Shown here piece after piece: positions 29,671-39,782 of a stretch of DNA of 64,000 nucleotides (position 1 is its first letter; every line of letters starts with the position of its first letter). Source of the stretch: Dehalococcoidia bacterium. Lineage in GTDB: Bacteria > Chloroflexota > Dehalococcoidia > Bin125. Made by a program: the position numbers and the translations under genes. The stretch spans positions 1,696,001 through 1,760,000 of the forward strand of contig OY820591.1 of assembly GCA_963555985.3 (NCBI GenBank), given 5' to 3'. A model generated the notes under the pieces. It was not told where the DNA came from and did no database searches. It worked only from the letters and a program-made list of their open reading frames with translations.

Positions 29671-30552
29671 ATGCGAGCGTTACCGACAGCCTCAACCGCT
29701 CAAGTCCGCGGCTACGCGCTGCGGGTCTGGGAGTGGTCCGCAATGGGCGCTCCCGCACGGACAGCGGTGCTCGTCCACGCGACCGGGTTTCATGCTCGCA
29801 CTTGGGATGCGGTCGTCCGCCTGCTGCCCGATGATTGGCGCGTCTTCGCGCTCGACATGCGCGGACACGGCGCGTCGCAGTCGCCACCCGACAAAGCGGG
29901 CGCAGACTGGCGCGAAATGGCCGCAGATCTGAACGAATGGCTAGCCCAGCGAGAGTTGACGGATGTAGTCGCCGCCGGACACTCAATGGGCGGCTGCATC
30001 TGCACGATCGCGGCGGCGAACAGCGAGCGGATCGAGTCCCTAGCGCTGATCGATCCGGTGCTGGTCAATCCGCGCGGCCCGATGCCGCCGACTCCGCCGG
30101 ACGGTCTAGCCATCGCCGCTCGCAAGCGGCGGCGGATCTGGGGCAGTCCGCAGGAGATGTCGGAGTCGCTCACCGGTCGGGGCGCGTTCACGCATTGGCC
30201 GCGAGAGGCGGTCGAGAGTTATGTCCGCTACGCCCTCAAGCCGACAAGTCGCTTGGGCGAGTGGGAGTTGGCTTGCGATCCCGAGGTTGAGGCCTGGTGC
30301 TTCGAGTACGCGCCGACGGTCGATCCCTGGCCGGAGATGGCGCAAGTGTCGCAGCCGACGCTGATCCTGCGCGCGGGTGAGGCGTTCGGGCACGGCTCGC
30401 CGACTGGCCAAAACGCGGTGGACGTGTTCCCCAACGCCTTCGAGACCCTGATCGAGGACTCGGATCACTTCATCCCGATGCGCCGCCCCGACGCCGTCGC
30501 AGAGGCGATGATCACGGTGGCGCGGGACTGCTCAGTAGAAACTCAGGCCTGA
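29671..30552 (+). CDS. Alpha/beta hydrolase
   Basis: HATGF, DMRGHG, GHSMGG, C-terminal HFIP. Confidence 0.9.
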   Translation: MRALPTASTAQVRGYALRVWEWSAMGAPARTAVLVHATGFHARTWDAVVRLLPDDWRVFALDMRGHGASQSPPDKAGADWREMAADLNEWLAQRELTDVVAAGHSMGGCICTIAAANSERIESLALIDPVLVNPRGPMPPTPPDGLAIAARKRRRIWGSPQEMSESLTGRGAFTHWPREAVESYVRYALKPTSRLGEWELACDPEVEAWCFEYAPTVDPWPEMAQVSQPTLILRAGEAFGHGSPTGQNAVDVFPNAFETLIEDSDHFIPMRRPDAVAEAMITVARDCSVETQA

Positions 30553-31333
30553 AGCCGGCCTCGCCCTCTCGGATGTTCGGAGCAAGTCGCCCCAGGAGCA
30601 GATCACGCGCTGAGACGTAGGCGTTGTCGTCCCAGCCGAACTCCCTGGATAACTCACGCGCTTGGCCGCCCGTTCCAGCGCGGAAATGGCTTGTGGACGG
30701 CGTGAAGGATTCGGTGACGAAGCGGCGCGCGCCGGTCGCTTGCACGCGATCCGCAAATCCAGCCGCGTCCTCAAGCGGCAGCAACGGCGTCATCGTGATC
30801 GCCACGGGTATGCCTGCATCGGCGAGCTGGCGAGCCGCCGCCAACCGATCCGGAATGGGCGGATTGCGCGGCTCGAACGCTCGCCGGACTGCCTCGCTGT
30901 CGGTCGTGATGCTGAGGTTGACGCAGACCTGTTCGAACCGCCGCAAGAGATCGATGTCGCGTGTGGCAAGCGGGCTGCGAGTCTGTACCACCAACTGCGC
31001 GCCCTTCGCGGCGAGGATGGGCAGGATCGCACGAGTGAGCTGCAATCGCCGCTCGATTGGCTGATAGGGGTCCGTGGCGCTGCTGAGGTAGATCGTTCGC
31101 CCGCGCAGCTCGCGCCTGAGCCGTTGCAGCTTCTTGGCTGTGTTCTGCTTGACTCGCAACCAATTGCCCCATTCCGCCTGCTGCTGTGGCGGGGCGAAGA
31201 AGGCGGCGTAGCAGTAGCTGCATCCGAAGGCGCAGCCGACATAGGGGTTGAGCGTGTAGTCGTAGCAAGAGAGATAGCCCGCGCCCGGAGTCAAGATTTG
31301 ATGGGCGTCGTAGAACTCGACCGATACCGTCAT
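30512..31333 (-). CDS. Radical SAM protein (SplB/Rv2578c-like)
   Basis: LNPYVGCAFGCSYCYA, SATDPYQPIE, VQTRSPL..RDID. Confidence 0.88.
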   Translation of the reverse strand: MTVSVEFYDAHQILTPGAGYLSCYDYTLNPYVGCAFGCSYCYAAFFAPPQQQAEWGNWLRVKQNTAKKLQRLRRELRGRTIYLSSATDPYQPIERRLQLTRAILPILAAKGAQLVVQTRSPLATRDIDLLRRFEQVCVNLSITTDSEAVRRAFEPRNPPIPDRLAAARQLADAGIPVAITMTPLLPLEDAAGFADRVQATGARRFVTESFTPSTSHFRAGTGGQARELSREFGWDDNAYVSARDLLLGRLAPNIREGEAGFRPEFLLSSPAPP

Positions 31334-31351
31334 CGTCCGCGGCCGGCCGAT

Positions 31352-32599
31352 CTAGTTGAGCACGCCGCTGACCAGATGCTCAATGTACTCCTCGTCAGAC
31401 ATGCCGACGATGTCCTTGTAGACGTACTCGTTGTCTTCGCCCAGCAGCGGCGCGGCCTTGTGCAGATTGGCCGGCGTCTCGGACAGGCGGAAGGAGGGAC
31501 CGTCGTAGGCGCGATGTCCCATCGTGGGGTGATCGAGCATCCAGAAGTGGCCGCGATGGTCGAGCTGTGGGTCGTTGCGGAGATCTTCTGGCGTCTGCAC
31601 GACTCCAGCGGGAATGCCCACTTGCTGGAGCGTTCGCATCAGCGCTTCCGCGGGCTGAGCGCGAGTCCACTGCCCGATCAACGCATCGAGTTCGTCTTGG
31701 CGCTTCAGCCGTTCAACAGCCGTGGCAAAGCGTGGATCATCCGCCCATTCGGGATGTCCGGCGATCTGCGCGAGGCTGCGCCATTCATCCTCGGAAGTAC
31801 AGACGATCGCGATCCAACGATCATCGTCATTCTCACCGCGTGCGGCGCACTGATAGGTGCCGTGCGGCGCGTGATCGAGGTGGCGCGTGCCGAGGGCATC
31901 CTGTTCGCGGCCGTTGACGGTGTAGTCGAGGACCATTGACTCGGTCGCGTGGATTGCGGCCTCCAGTTGGCCGAAGTCGATGTTCTGGCCTTCGCCAGTG
32001 CGCTCGCGATGATCGAGCGCGGCTATGAGTGCGATAGCCGCAAAGTGCGGAACGAGGAAATCGGTATACGCGACACCAGTGCCGATTGGCTCTTCGCCCG
32101 GGTAGTGGGTGAGGTGCGAGATACTGGCGGCGGCCTGGAGCACGTGTCCGTAGCCCTGCCACATCGACCACGGACCGGTGGAGCCGTACATCGGCATCGA
32201 GATCATGATTACGTCGGGTCTGACCTGGCGCAGATCTTCGTAGGTCATGCCCCAGGCGCGCATGGCTTTGGGGGTGAACGACTCGGTCACGATGTCGCAT
32301 TCGGCGACGATTCGCTTGGCCAGCGCGACGCCGTCGGGGTGTTGGAGATTGAGCGAGCAACAGAACTTCGAGGAGTTGAAGTCGGCGTAGTAGCCGCTGT
32401 TATCGAGTCCGGGCTGATCGTTGACGAAAGGAGGGGCGCGGCGCAGGGGCTCAGGGCGGACACTGCTCTCGATCCGGATCACCTCTGCGCCGTGGTCGGC
32501 GAGGTACTTCGAGACGAGCGGCCCGACCCCGACCCAGGCGAAGTCGGCGATGCGGATGCCCTCGAACACGTTGGCGGGGAGAGAGCCGTTGCTGGTCAT
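31352..32599 (-). CDS. Family III CoA-transferase (CaiB/BaiF), BbsF-like subunit
   Basis: GIRIADF, LADHGAEVIRIES, APLLGEDN. Confidence 0.9.
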   Translation of the reverse strand: MTSNGSLPANVFEGIRIADFAWVGVGPLVSKYLADHGAEVIRIESSVRPEPLRRAPPFVNDQPGLDNSGYYADFNSSKFCCSLNLQHPDGVALAKRIVAECDIVTESFTPKAMRAWGMTYEDLRQVRPDVIMISMPMYGSTGPWSMWQGYGHVLQAAASISHLTHYPGEEPIGTGVAYTDFLVPHFAAIALIAALDHRERTGEGQNIDFGQLEAAIHATESMVLDYTVNGREQDALGTRHLDHAPHGTYQCAARGENDDDRWIAIVCTSEDEWRSLAQIAGHPEWADDPRFATAVERLKRQDELDALIGQWTRAQPAEALMRTLQQVGIPAGVVQTPEDLRNDPQLDHRGHFWMLDHPTMGHRAYDGPSFRLSETPANLHKAAPLLGEDNEYVYKDIVGMSDEEYIEHLVSGVLN

Positions 32600-32608
32600 G
32601 GTCGCGTC

Positions 32609-33880
32609 CTAGATCACACCGTCGGCGGCAAGTTGGTCAATTTCGTCGTTGGAGAGGCCGAGCAGGTCGCCGTAGACCTCACGGTTATGTTCGCCAAGCT
32701 GCGGCGCTCGGCGGCGCACAGCCAGCGGCGTGGCGCTGAGCTTTGCCCACGGTCCGGGATAGGTGATCTGCTCGCCGATCTCCTCGTGTTCAAGTTCGGT
32801 CCAATAGTCGCGCGCGGCGAGGTGCTCATTCTCGAGCAGGTCGGCTGGGGTGTGGACGACGCCCCAGCCGTTGCGGATCTGCTGGGCCTCGGAGACAAGT
32901 TGAGCACGGGTGAAGCCCTTGCAGAAGCGGACCAGCACATCGTTGAGATGATCCGCGTCCTCGCCAGCAGGCGGAATCAGCACGCCTTGGGTCGCGTCCA
33001 GCTTCTCCATCCACTCGTCGGAGGTGAGGTCTTCAGCCATCCCGTGATAGTCGAGCCACTCGATCGTCTGACGCGCCGTAAGGCCGAACAGACCGCCGTA
33101 GGAGAGCGCAGCGATGTGTCCATCGGCGGCCTCGTAGACGTACTGACCCATCTTGAATCCGCCGATGTTGCGTCCGTTACCGGGGCGCTCGATATTGACC
33201 CTGCGGATGTCCCAGGTAGGCATGGCGTTGTCGTGGGTGAAGGTGACCGCTTCCTGCATCGACTGGTCGACATGCTGACCCTGACCGGTGCGGGTGCGGT
33301 GGAAGTGCGCGATCATCGTGCCGACGACGGCCTGAGCGGACGCCTGCGTGTAGCCCTGCGCGGCGGAAGGGCGGATCGGAGGGCGATCGGGCGATCCACA
33401 GAGCGAGGCAAGGCCGCCCATTGCGACGCCGATCAGGTCAGTGGCCTTCCATTGCGCGTAGGGACCGTCCTGTCCGAACGGCGTGATCGAAGTCATCACC
33501 AGACGAGGGTTGCGCTCGTGGATTGTGTCCCAGCCGAGGTCGACCGTCTCCATCGCACCGGGCGGCGTGGATTCGACGATGAAGTCGGCCAGAGCGACCA
33601 GTTGCAGGAACAGATCGCGTCCGCGCGGCTGGCTGAGGTCGATGGTGATCCCGCGCTTGGAGTGGTTGAACGTCCACCAGAAAAGGGAGCGCTCCGGATG
33701 CGGTTCGTCGCGGTAGAAGGGTCGGTTCCAACGGGCGGGATCGCCTTCGGGAGGCTCGAACTTGATCACGTCCGCGCCGAGTTCAGCCAGCATCCGTCCG
33801 GCCAGATGTCCGAGTTCGTTGGTGAGATCGAGCACGCGGAAGGGGGCGAGCGGTCCGTTGGATGGAGGTGGGTTGGTCAT
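32609..33880 (-). CDS. Family III CoA-transferase (CaiB/BaiF), BbsE-like subunit
   Basis: RVLDLT, LAELGADVIKFEPPEGD, TPFGQDGPY, APQLGEHN. Confidence 0.9.
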   Translation of the reverse strand: MTNPPPSNGPLAPFRVLDLTNELGHLAGRMLAELGADVIKFEPPEGDPARWNRPFYRDEPHPERSLFWWTFNHSKRGITIDLSQPRGRDLFLQLVALADFIVESTPPGAMETVDLGWDTIHERNPRLVMTSITPFGQDGPYAQWKATDLIGVAMGGLASLCGSPDRPPIRPSAAQGYTQASAQAVVGTMIAHFHRTRTGQGQHVDQSMQEAVTFTHDNAMPTWDIRRVNIERPGNGRNIGGFKMGQYVYEAADGHIAALSYGGLFGLTARQTIEWLDYHGMAEDLTSDEWMEKLDATQGVLIPPAGEDADHLNDVLVRFCKGFTRAQLVSEAQQIRNGWGVVHTPADLLENEHLAARDYWTELEHEEIGEQITYPGPWAKLSATPLAVRRRAPQLGEHNREVYGDLLGLSNDEIDQLAADGVI

Positions 33881-33906
33881 GGGGCGCATGGTAGCTGTAG
33901 GTTCGA

Positions 33907-34917
33907 GTGGCGAGGGAGTTCATGCAGCGTTGGCTGGCGGAAGCGATCGATGCGGCGGCGCTGCGCTTGCAGGCGCGCTCGGCGCAGCTGCGCCGGCGCA
34001 CGCTCTGGCCCGATCCGAACGAGCTGAGAGCGTTGCAGGAAGGCACTTGGCAGCCGCCGTCTCTGGATGATCCCGGCGCACCGAGCGAAGTAGCTCGAAT
34101 CCCATTGGCGTTGGAAGCGAACGGTGCTGACGAGGGATTCTGGTTTTCGTCCTCGCCGCCGTACGCGCAGGAGCATGACCGCGCCGCGCAGGGACTGCTA
34201 TATCTGCCCCCAACCCCGACACGTGGTGTCGTGATCCTCGCGCCTGGGGCCTTTGCCGGGGCGGGCGGGCGCATCTCCGAGCGGATCTACCCGCAGATCG
34301 CGCGAACGTTTGGCAAGGCAGGCTTTGCAGCGGCGCAGTTGATGCTGCCCTTGCATGAGCGACGGTCGCCGCCCGGCGAGATTTCGGGTCACAACCTCTT
34401 GCACGGGGACATCTTCAGCTATGTGCGCGGACTTTGCCAAAGCGTCCGCGATGTTCGAGCGATGATCGGTTGGCTCGCGCCGGAATTCGGGGCGGTCGGC
34501 TATTGGGGCCTCAGCCTCGGCGCCGGGATTGGCTCGCTGGTCGCCGCGCACGACTCGCGGCTCGCGTTTGCGGTGCTGTTGGAGCCGCCGCTGCGGACGG
34601 ATGCTGCATTCCGTTCGCCCTTGACACGCATTTGGCGCGACCAGCTCAGCGAGAGCGGGGTACGCGACGACGACATCCGCACTGTGCTACGCGCTGTCGA
34701 GCCGGACGGCCCGCCTGCCGTCGCGCCGGAACGCATCCTCCTCCAGGGAGGCAGGTGGGACAAGCTGGCGCCGCCGGACGGGATCGAGCGGTTGGCTGAG
34801 CGCTGGCCCGGGTCGCATGTGCGCTGGTACTCGGACGGGCACATCTCGATGCTGATGGGACGCCGCAGCTGGCTGCGCGACGCAGTGGCGTTCGCGTCGG
34901 AAGCGATGGGCGGCTAA
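33907..34917 (+). CDS. Alpha/beta hydrolase fold protein
   Basis: GLSLG nucleophile elbow, WD and GH motifs for the catalytic Asp and His. Confidence 0.75.
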   Translation: MAREFMQRWLAEAIDAAALRLQARSAQLRRRTLWPDPNELRALQEGTWQPPSLDDPGAPSEVARIPLALEANGADEGFWFSSSPPYAQEHDRAAQGLLYLPPTPTRGVVILAPGAFAGAGGRISERIYPQIARTFGKAGFAAAQLMLPLHERRSPPGEISGHNLLHGDIFSYVRGLCQSVRDVRAMIGWLAPEFGAVGYWGLSLGAGIGSLVAAHDSRLAFAVLLEPPLRTDAAFRSPLTRIWRDQLSESGVRDDDIRTVLRAVEPDGPPAVAPERILLQGGRWDKLAPPDGIERLAERWPGSHVRWYSDGHISMLMGRRSWLRDAVAFASEAMGG

Positions 34918-36089
34918 CTCGGCGCGACGGGCTGGCGAGTGATGATGTGTACTCCGTCGAGGGTCGGCAAGAGGGTCTCGATTGCTTGGCGAAGGTCGTC
35001 GAGGTGGTCTCGTTCCAGCGCCGACACCGCGACGGTACCGTCGCCAAAGTGCTCGAGCACGTCTGAGAGCGGGATCTCAAGAGCGTCGATCTTGTTGAGC
35101 ACGGTCAGCGTGGGGCGCTGATCGACGCCCAACTCGTGGAGCGTGTTCTCGACGCTGGCAGCCTGTTCGGCGGCGTCGGGGTGGGTGGCGTCGACGACGT
35201 GAAGGAGCAGGTCGGCCTCTTCCAGTTCTTCGAGCGTGGCGCGGAATGCCGCCACGAGTTGGGTCGGAAGCTTCTGGATGAAGCCGACGGTGTCGCTCAG
35301 GAGCACGGTGTGTTCCTCCGAGAGGCGGCAACGGCGGGTGGTTGGATCGAGGGTCTCGAAGAGCCGATCGCGAGCGGTGACCTTCGCATTGGTGAGCGCG
35401 TTCATCAGCGTGGACTTGCCCGCGTTGGTGTAGCCCACGAGCGCGACCAGCGGGATGCCGGCGCGGTCGCGGCGGCGGCGGTGCTGCTGGCGGTGGGTGC
35501 GGACACGATCGAGGTCTTGCTTGAGGCGCTTGATCTGGATGCGGATCAGGCGGCGGTCGGTTTCGAGCTGGGTCTCGCCCGGACCACGCGAGCCGATTGC
35601 GCCTTCCATGCGCTCAAGGTGCTCCCACTGTCCAGTCAGGCGGGGCAGCAGGTATTCGTGCTGGGCGAGGGCAACCTGGACGACGCCTTCGCGGGTGCGG
35701 GCTCGCTGGCTGAAAATGTCGAGAATCAATGCCGTCCGATCGATGATCTTGATCTCCAGCCGCTGTTCGAGGTTGCGCTGTTGGGCTGGAGTCAGTTCAT
35801 CGTCGAAGATGGCGACTGTGGCCTTGAGATCGTCGCGCAGCGCGGCGATCTCTTCCAATTTGCCCTTGCCCACGTAGGAACGCCGGTCGGGATGGCGCAG
35901 TCGTTGCGTGACCCGAGCCATCGGCATCGCGCCGGCGGTCTCGGCGAGTTGCGCGAGCTCTTCAACAGAAGCGTGAATGTTCCAGTGGGCGGAGCGGCGC
36001 GAGTCGACGCCGACAAGGATGGCGCGTTCGCGGGGAGGGCGAGTGGGGTGGTGTTTGCGGCGTCCGCCGCGGTTGCGAATGCGTGGGAT
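34914..36089 (-). CDS. hflX: GTPase HflX (start codon uncertain, probably ATC 36089 or ATT 36080)
   Basis: GPGETQLETDRR, VGYTNAGKSTL, DTVGFI, NKID. The conserved N-terminus ERAILVGV...EELAQLAETAG lies in frame upstream of the ORF-track ATG. Confidence 0.92.
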   Translation of the reverse strand: MPRIRNRGGRRKHHPTRPPRERAILVGVDSRRSAHWNIHASVEELAQLAETAGAMPMARVTQRLRHPDRRSYVGKGKLEEIAALRDDLKATVAIFDDELTPAQQRNLEQRLEIKIIDRTALILDIFSQRARTREGVVQVALAQHEYLLPRLTGQWEHLERMEGAIGSRGPGETQLETDRRLIRIQIKRLKQDLDRVRTHRQQHRRRRDRAGIPLVALVGYTNAGKSTLMNALTNAKVTARDRLFETLDPTTRRCRLSEEHTVLLSDTVGFIQKLPTQLVAAFRATLEELEEADLLLHVVDATHPDAAEQAASVENTLHELGVDQRPTLTVLNKIDALEIPLSDVLEHFGDGTVAVSALERDHLDDLRQAIETLLPTLDGVHIITRQPVAPS

Positions 36090-36582
36090 GGGAGTCTCCG
36101 TCGCTACGCCCGACCCGCAGATCGGGCGCGAATCAGTCTAGTCAGTGTGTGACGACGGAAACTAGATGCGCATCTCGCCACTTCTTTCTCGCTTGGTAAG
36201 GCTCTATCGAATTCTAGCGCCTGTACAGGCTCGCGGTTCTTGTGATTGCCATAGAAGCGAAGCGCGCCTCTGCTTCCAATCGAACAGGGAGTGGAGACGA
36301 AACAGAATTTCGCGGGGCGGTCCGGGAAAAACGGCGGGCGGTGTTCAGGGAGAATTTTTTTCTGGCAGGGTGGATCGCGGATCTCCTGTGCTGGCTGGGC
36401 TGAACGCTGTTCAGGGCGTTCAGCTTTGTTCAGGTTCGGTTGGGGAGGAGGGAGGCGAGCAATGCTCGTTGCCGAATATGAGTTCTGTTCAGGGTAGACG
36501 GTTTGAGCGAGATGGCGGATGGTTGAATGTAATGTGCGTAACAGTGGTGAGCGGTCGCTGTGAAGCGGATGCTCTCTGCCTA

Positions 36583-36617
36583 CCTTCCTCTCCTTCGCAG
36601 AGCGGGAGAGAGGAAGG
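36583..36617 (-). terminator. Hairpin downstream of dapL
   Basis: CCTTCCTCTC...GAGAGGAAGG inverted repeat about 20 nt after the stop; no strong U tract. Confidence 0.45.
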
Positions 36618-36638
36618 GATGCGCAGTGTGAATCGACC

Positions 36639-37802
36639 TTAGCCTGACGTGAAGGCCGCGATCCGTTCGACGCCTTCGTCGACTTCTTCGTCGGGCAAGG
36701 TCAGGGAGAGGCGGATGTAGCCCTCGCCGGCGGGGCCGTAGCCGTTGCCGGGGGTGACGACGACTCCCTGCTCCTCGATCAGGCGGGCGGCGAAGTCGGC
36801 GGAGGTGTCGCCTTCGGGGATTTTGGCCCAGATGTAGAGGGATGCCTTGGGGTTGGTGACTTCGAGGCCGATGGAGCGGAGGGCGTCGACGACTTTGTCT
36901 CGACGACCCTGGATGATGGCGTTGTTGGCCTCGATCACCGACTGATCGCCGTCGAGGGCGGCGATGGCCATTTGCTGGATTGCCTGGGGGATGCCGGAGT
37001 CGATGTTGGACTTGACGCGGAGGAGCGGATCGACCAGTTCGGCGTTGCCGCAGGCCCAGCCGAGCCGCCAGCCGGTCATGTTGAAGGTCTTGGAGAGGGA
37101 GAAGTACTCCATGCCGGAGGCCATGCCCGAGGGGGCTTGGAGGAAGGCGGGAGCTTCGTAACCGTCGAAGGTGACGTCGCAGTAGGCGTTGTCGTGGAGG
37201 ACGGCGATCTCGTTGTCGAGGCCGAACTGGGCGGCGCGCTCGAAGAAGTCGAGGTCGGCCAGTGCTCCAGTTGGGTTGTTGGGATAGTTGATCCAGAGGA
37301 CGCGGGCGCGTTCGCTCACGTCAGCTGGGATCGCATCCAGGTCGGGGAGGAAGTCGTTGTCTGCGGTCAAGGGCATGTAGTGAGATTCGCCGCCGGCGAA
37401 CATCGTGCCGATTGCGTAGACGGGATAGGCGGGGTCGGGGACAAGAGCGATATCGCCCGGGTCGATGAAGCAGAGGGCGGAGTTGGCGATGCCTTCCTTT
37501 GCCCCGATCAGGGGGACGATCTCGGTGGCCGGATCGAGCGCGACCTCGAAGCGCTGCGCCATCCAGCGGGCGATGCACTCGCGCAATTCGGGCAGGCCCT
37601 CGGTCTCCGGGTAGCGATGGTTGGCGGGCACGTCGGCGTGTTCGTGGAGGGCTTCGAGGATGTGCGGGTGTGTGGGTAGGTCGGGATCGCCGATACCAAA
37701 GGAGATCACGCGCACGCCTTTTTCGCGCTGCTCGGCGATTTTGCGGGAGATTTCGACGAAGAGGTAGGGCGGGAGGGATTGGACACGCTTGGCAGTGCGC
37801 AT
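36639..37802 (-). CDS. dapL: LL-diaminopimelate aminotransferase (class I/II PLP)
   Basis: LPPYLF, GIGDPD, NYPNNPTG, SLSKTFNMTGWRLG; close to dapF. Confidence 0.85.
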   Translation of the reverse strand: MRTAKRVQSLPPYLFVEISRKIAEQREKGVRVISFGIGDPDLPTHPHILEALHEHADVPANHRYPETEGLPELRECIARWMAQRFEVALDPATEIVPLIGAKEGIANSALCFIDPGDIALVPDPAYPVYAIGTMFAGGESHYMPLTADNDFLPDLDAIPADVSERARVLWINYPNNPTGALADLDFFERAAQFGLDNEIAVLHDNAYCDVTFDGYEAPAFLQAPSGMASGMEYFSLSKTFNMTGWRLGWACGNAELVDPLLRVKSNIDSGIPQAIQQMAIAALDGDQSVIEANNAIIQGRRDKVVDALRSIGLEVTNPKASLYIWAKIPEGDTSADFAARLIEEQGVVVTPGNGYGPAGEGYIRLSLTLPDEEVDEGVERIAAFTSG

Positions 37803-37867
37803 GGGGAGACCTCTGAACGATTTGCGGCGAGTGGTTGCTCGGTTCGGGAGCATCCCGGTATCTGACG

Positions 37868-37918
37868 GGACCCCCTCTGTCACTTCGTGACATCTCCCCC
37901 CGCAGCGCGGGGGGAGGG
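37868..37918. repeat. REP-like intergenic repeat, copy 2
   Basis: Near-identical to 16888-16939. Confidence 0.85.
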
Positions 37919-37933
37919 ATTTTCAGAACTTCC

Positions 37934-38869
37934 TTAGAACCGTCCCCAGATTTTGCCGACTTTGACGTAGGTGGTGATCTTGTCGTCGTGGCGGCGCTGG
38001 ACCTCGGCCGGGTCGGCGGGGCGCTGGTAGGTGAGTTCGTTGGTGACGTGGCGGAAACCGAACTCGCGCAGGAGCGGGTCGCCGACATTGTCCATGCCGA
38101 CGCGGAGCGTGAGCGCGCGGCGGTTTTGCTCGGCACCCCAACTCATCGCGGCTGAGAGTAGAGCGCGAGAGACCTCGGCGTGGTCGGCGTCGGGGTGGAT
38201 GATCAGCTCTTCGGCGCTGAGACCTCGCTTCTCGGCCTCTGCGAGGTGGATGTAGCCGACGGGCGTCTCGTCGACTTCCGCGAGGCCTACCCAGGCGGCT
38301 TGGGGAAAGAATTGGTCGGCGAGCGGCGGCGCGTGCGCGGCTTCGCCGGCGGCTGCTTGCTCGACCTCGACAATGGCGTCGGAGTCGGCGTCGGGCAGTG
38401 CTTCCCGCACTGAGATTGCGTCGTCGGTCTCGGGCAGCTTCTGGGAGCGCATGTCGCGGCAACGGACGATTGAGACCTCTGCCGGGGAAGGGAACTCAGC
38501 GCCGATCAACATCGGTTCGACGTAGTGGCGATGGGGGAAGTCGTTGTAGTCGAGCACCATCAGTTCGGCGTCGGAGTACTCGTTGGCGAGTTCACCCATT
38601 TCGTTGAGCAGATTGGTGAGGTGGAGACGAATGTGGTTGATCGTGTCGAACTCGTAGAAGAGGCGCAGATGGCGTCCGTAGGGGACGCCGATCACGTGGC
38701 CGTCGTCGCACTGCGTGGAGAGGATTCGCGGCAAGCGAACCAGTTGGTCGTAGTCGAACTCAGGCTGATTGCGGTAGACGAGGGGTTTGGTGGCGAGGGT
38801 TTCGTGCAGTTCGCGGACGTAGCCCGGGGCGCGATCTTGGTCGAAGCGGGTGTAGTCGGGGGTGACCAT
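37934..38869 (-). CDS. Hypothetical protein, C-terminal GNAT-like fold
   Basis: Coding-like ORF in the operon; PVGYI...IIHPDA...RALL...FGF pattern with a degenerate acetyl-CoA motif. Confidence 0.6.
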   Translation of the reverse strand: MVTPDYTRFDQDRAPGYVRELHETLATKPLVYRNQPEFDYDQLVRLPRILSTQCDDGHVIGVPYGRHLRLFYEFDTINHIRLHLTNLLNEMGELANEYSDAELMVLDYNDFPHRHYVEPMLIGAEFPSPAEVSIVRCRDMRSQKLPETDDAISVREALPDADSDAIVEVEQAAAGEAAHAPPLADQFFPQAAWVGLAEVDETPVGYIHLAEAEKRGLSAEELIIHPDADHAEVSRALLSAAMSWGAEQNRRALTLRVGMDNVGDPLLREFGFRHVTNELTYQRPADPAEVQRRHDDKITTYVKVGKIWGRF

Positions 38870-38888
38870 ATGGGGTCCGTTCGGTCGC

Positions 38889-39773
38889 TCAGCTGATGGC
38901 GGGTTCGGGGAGGATGCCCTCGAAGGAGAATTGGGCGGGGCCGGTCATGTAGACGGAGGCTGCGGGATCGTCGAGGCCGTTCCAGGCGATCTCGAGGTCT
39001 CCGCCTGGAAGGGAAACAGTGGCCTGCTCGTCGGCCAGTCCGCGCAGCCGGGCGGCGACCAGCACGGCGCAAGCGCCCGAGCCACAGGCGAGGGTAATGC
39101 CGACGCCGCGTTCCCAGACTCGCATCTTGAGGTGATCGGGCGCGAGCACGTTGACGATCTCGAAGTTGGTCTTCTTGGGGAAATCCGGATGCGTCTCGAT
39201 CAGAGGACCAATCTCAGTGAGAGGGAAGTCATCGACCGGCGTATCCGTAAACCAGACCGCGTGGGGGTTGCCCATGCTGACGCAGGTGAGGTCGTAGGTC
39301 TCAGCGTTGACGGTGATCCGGTGATGCAGCACTGGGGCGGGTCCGTCGTTCAGTACCGGCACCTCGTGCGGTTCGAGCCAAGCTGGGCCCATGGCGACGC
39401 GGACCCGGTCGACGGTTGGACCAACCTCGCCGAGTTCGGCGTGGAGGACGCCCGCGCCGGTTTCGATGGCGAGGCGCCCACCGTTGGGCGTGAAGCCTGC
39501 TCGCTCGACCAGATACTTGGTGAAGCAGCGAAAGCCGTTGCCGCACATCTCGCCGTCGGAGCCGTCGGCGTTGACGATCACCATGCGGGCGTCGGCGCGG
39601 TCGGTGTCGCGGGCGATCAGGATGCCGTCTGCGCCGACGCCGAAGTGGCGGTCGCAGACCTGCGGGGCGACAGCGGCCCAGTCGACGTCCAGGCGGTGGG
39701 CATTCGAGCCGAGGGCGTCGATCAGAACGAAGTCGTTGCCGGCACCTTGGACTTTGAGAAACGGAATAGCCAT
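38889..39773 (-). CDS. dapF: Diaminopimelate epimerase
   Basis: GAGNDF, EMCGNG, SMGNPH, WERGVGITLACGSG. Confidence 0.97.
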   Translation of the reverse strand: MAIPFLKVQGAGNDFVLIDALGSNAHRLDVDWAAVAPQVCDRHFGVGADGILIARDTDRADARMVIVNADGSDGEMCGNGFRCFTKYLVERAGFTPNGGRLAIETGAGVLHAELGEVGPTVDRVRVAMGPAWLEPHEVPVLNDGPAPVLHHRITVNAETYDLTCVSMGNPHAVWFTDTPVDDFPLTEIGPLIETHPDFPKKTNFEIVNVLAPDHLKMRVWERGVGITLACGSGACAVLVAARLRGLADEQATVSLPGGDLEIAWNGLDDPAASVYMTGPAQFSFEGILPEPAIS

Positions 39774-39782
39774 GCGCTCATC

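Noticed and set aside
31949-34027. Long antisense ORFs (this 692-aa one, also 54816-56513, 12203-13909 and 38862-40346)
   Set aside because: They are shadows of well-supported genes on the opposite strand, expected in high-GC DNA, and carry no motifs.
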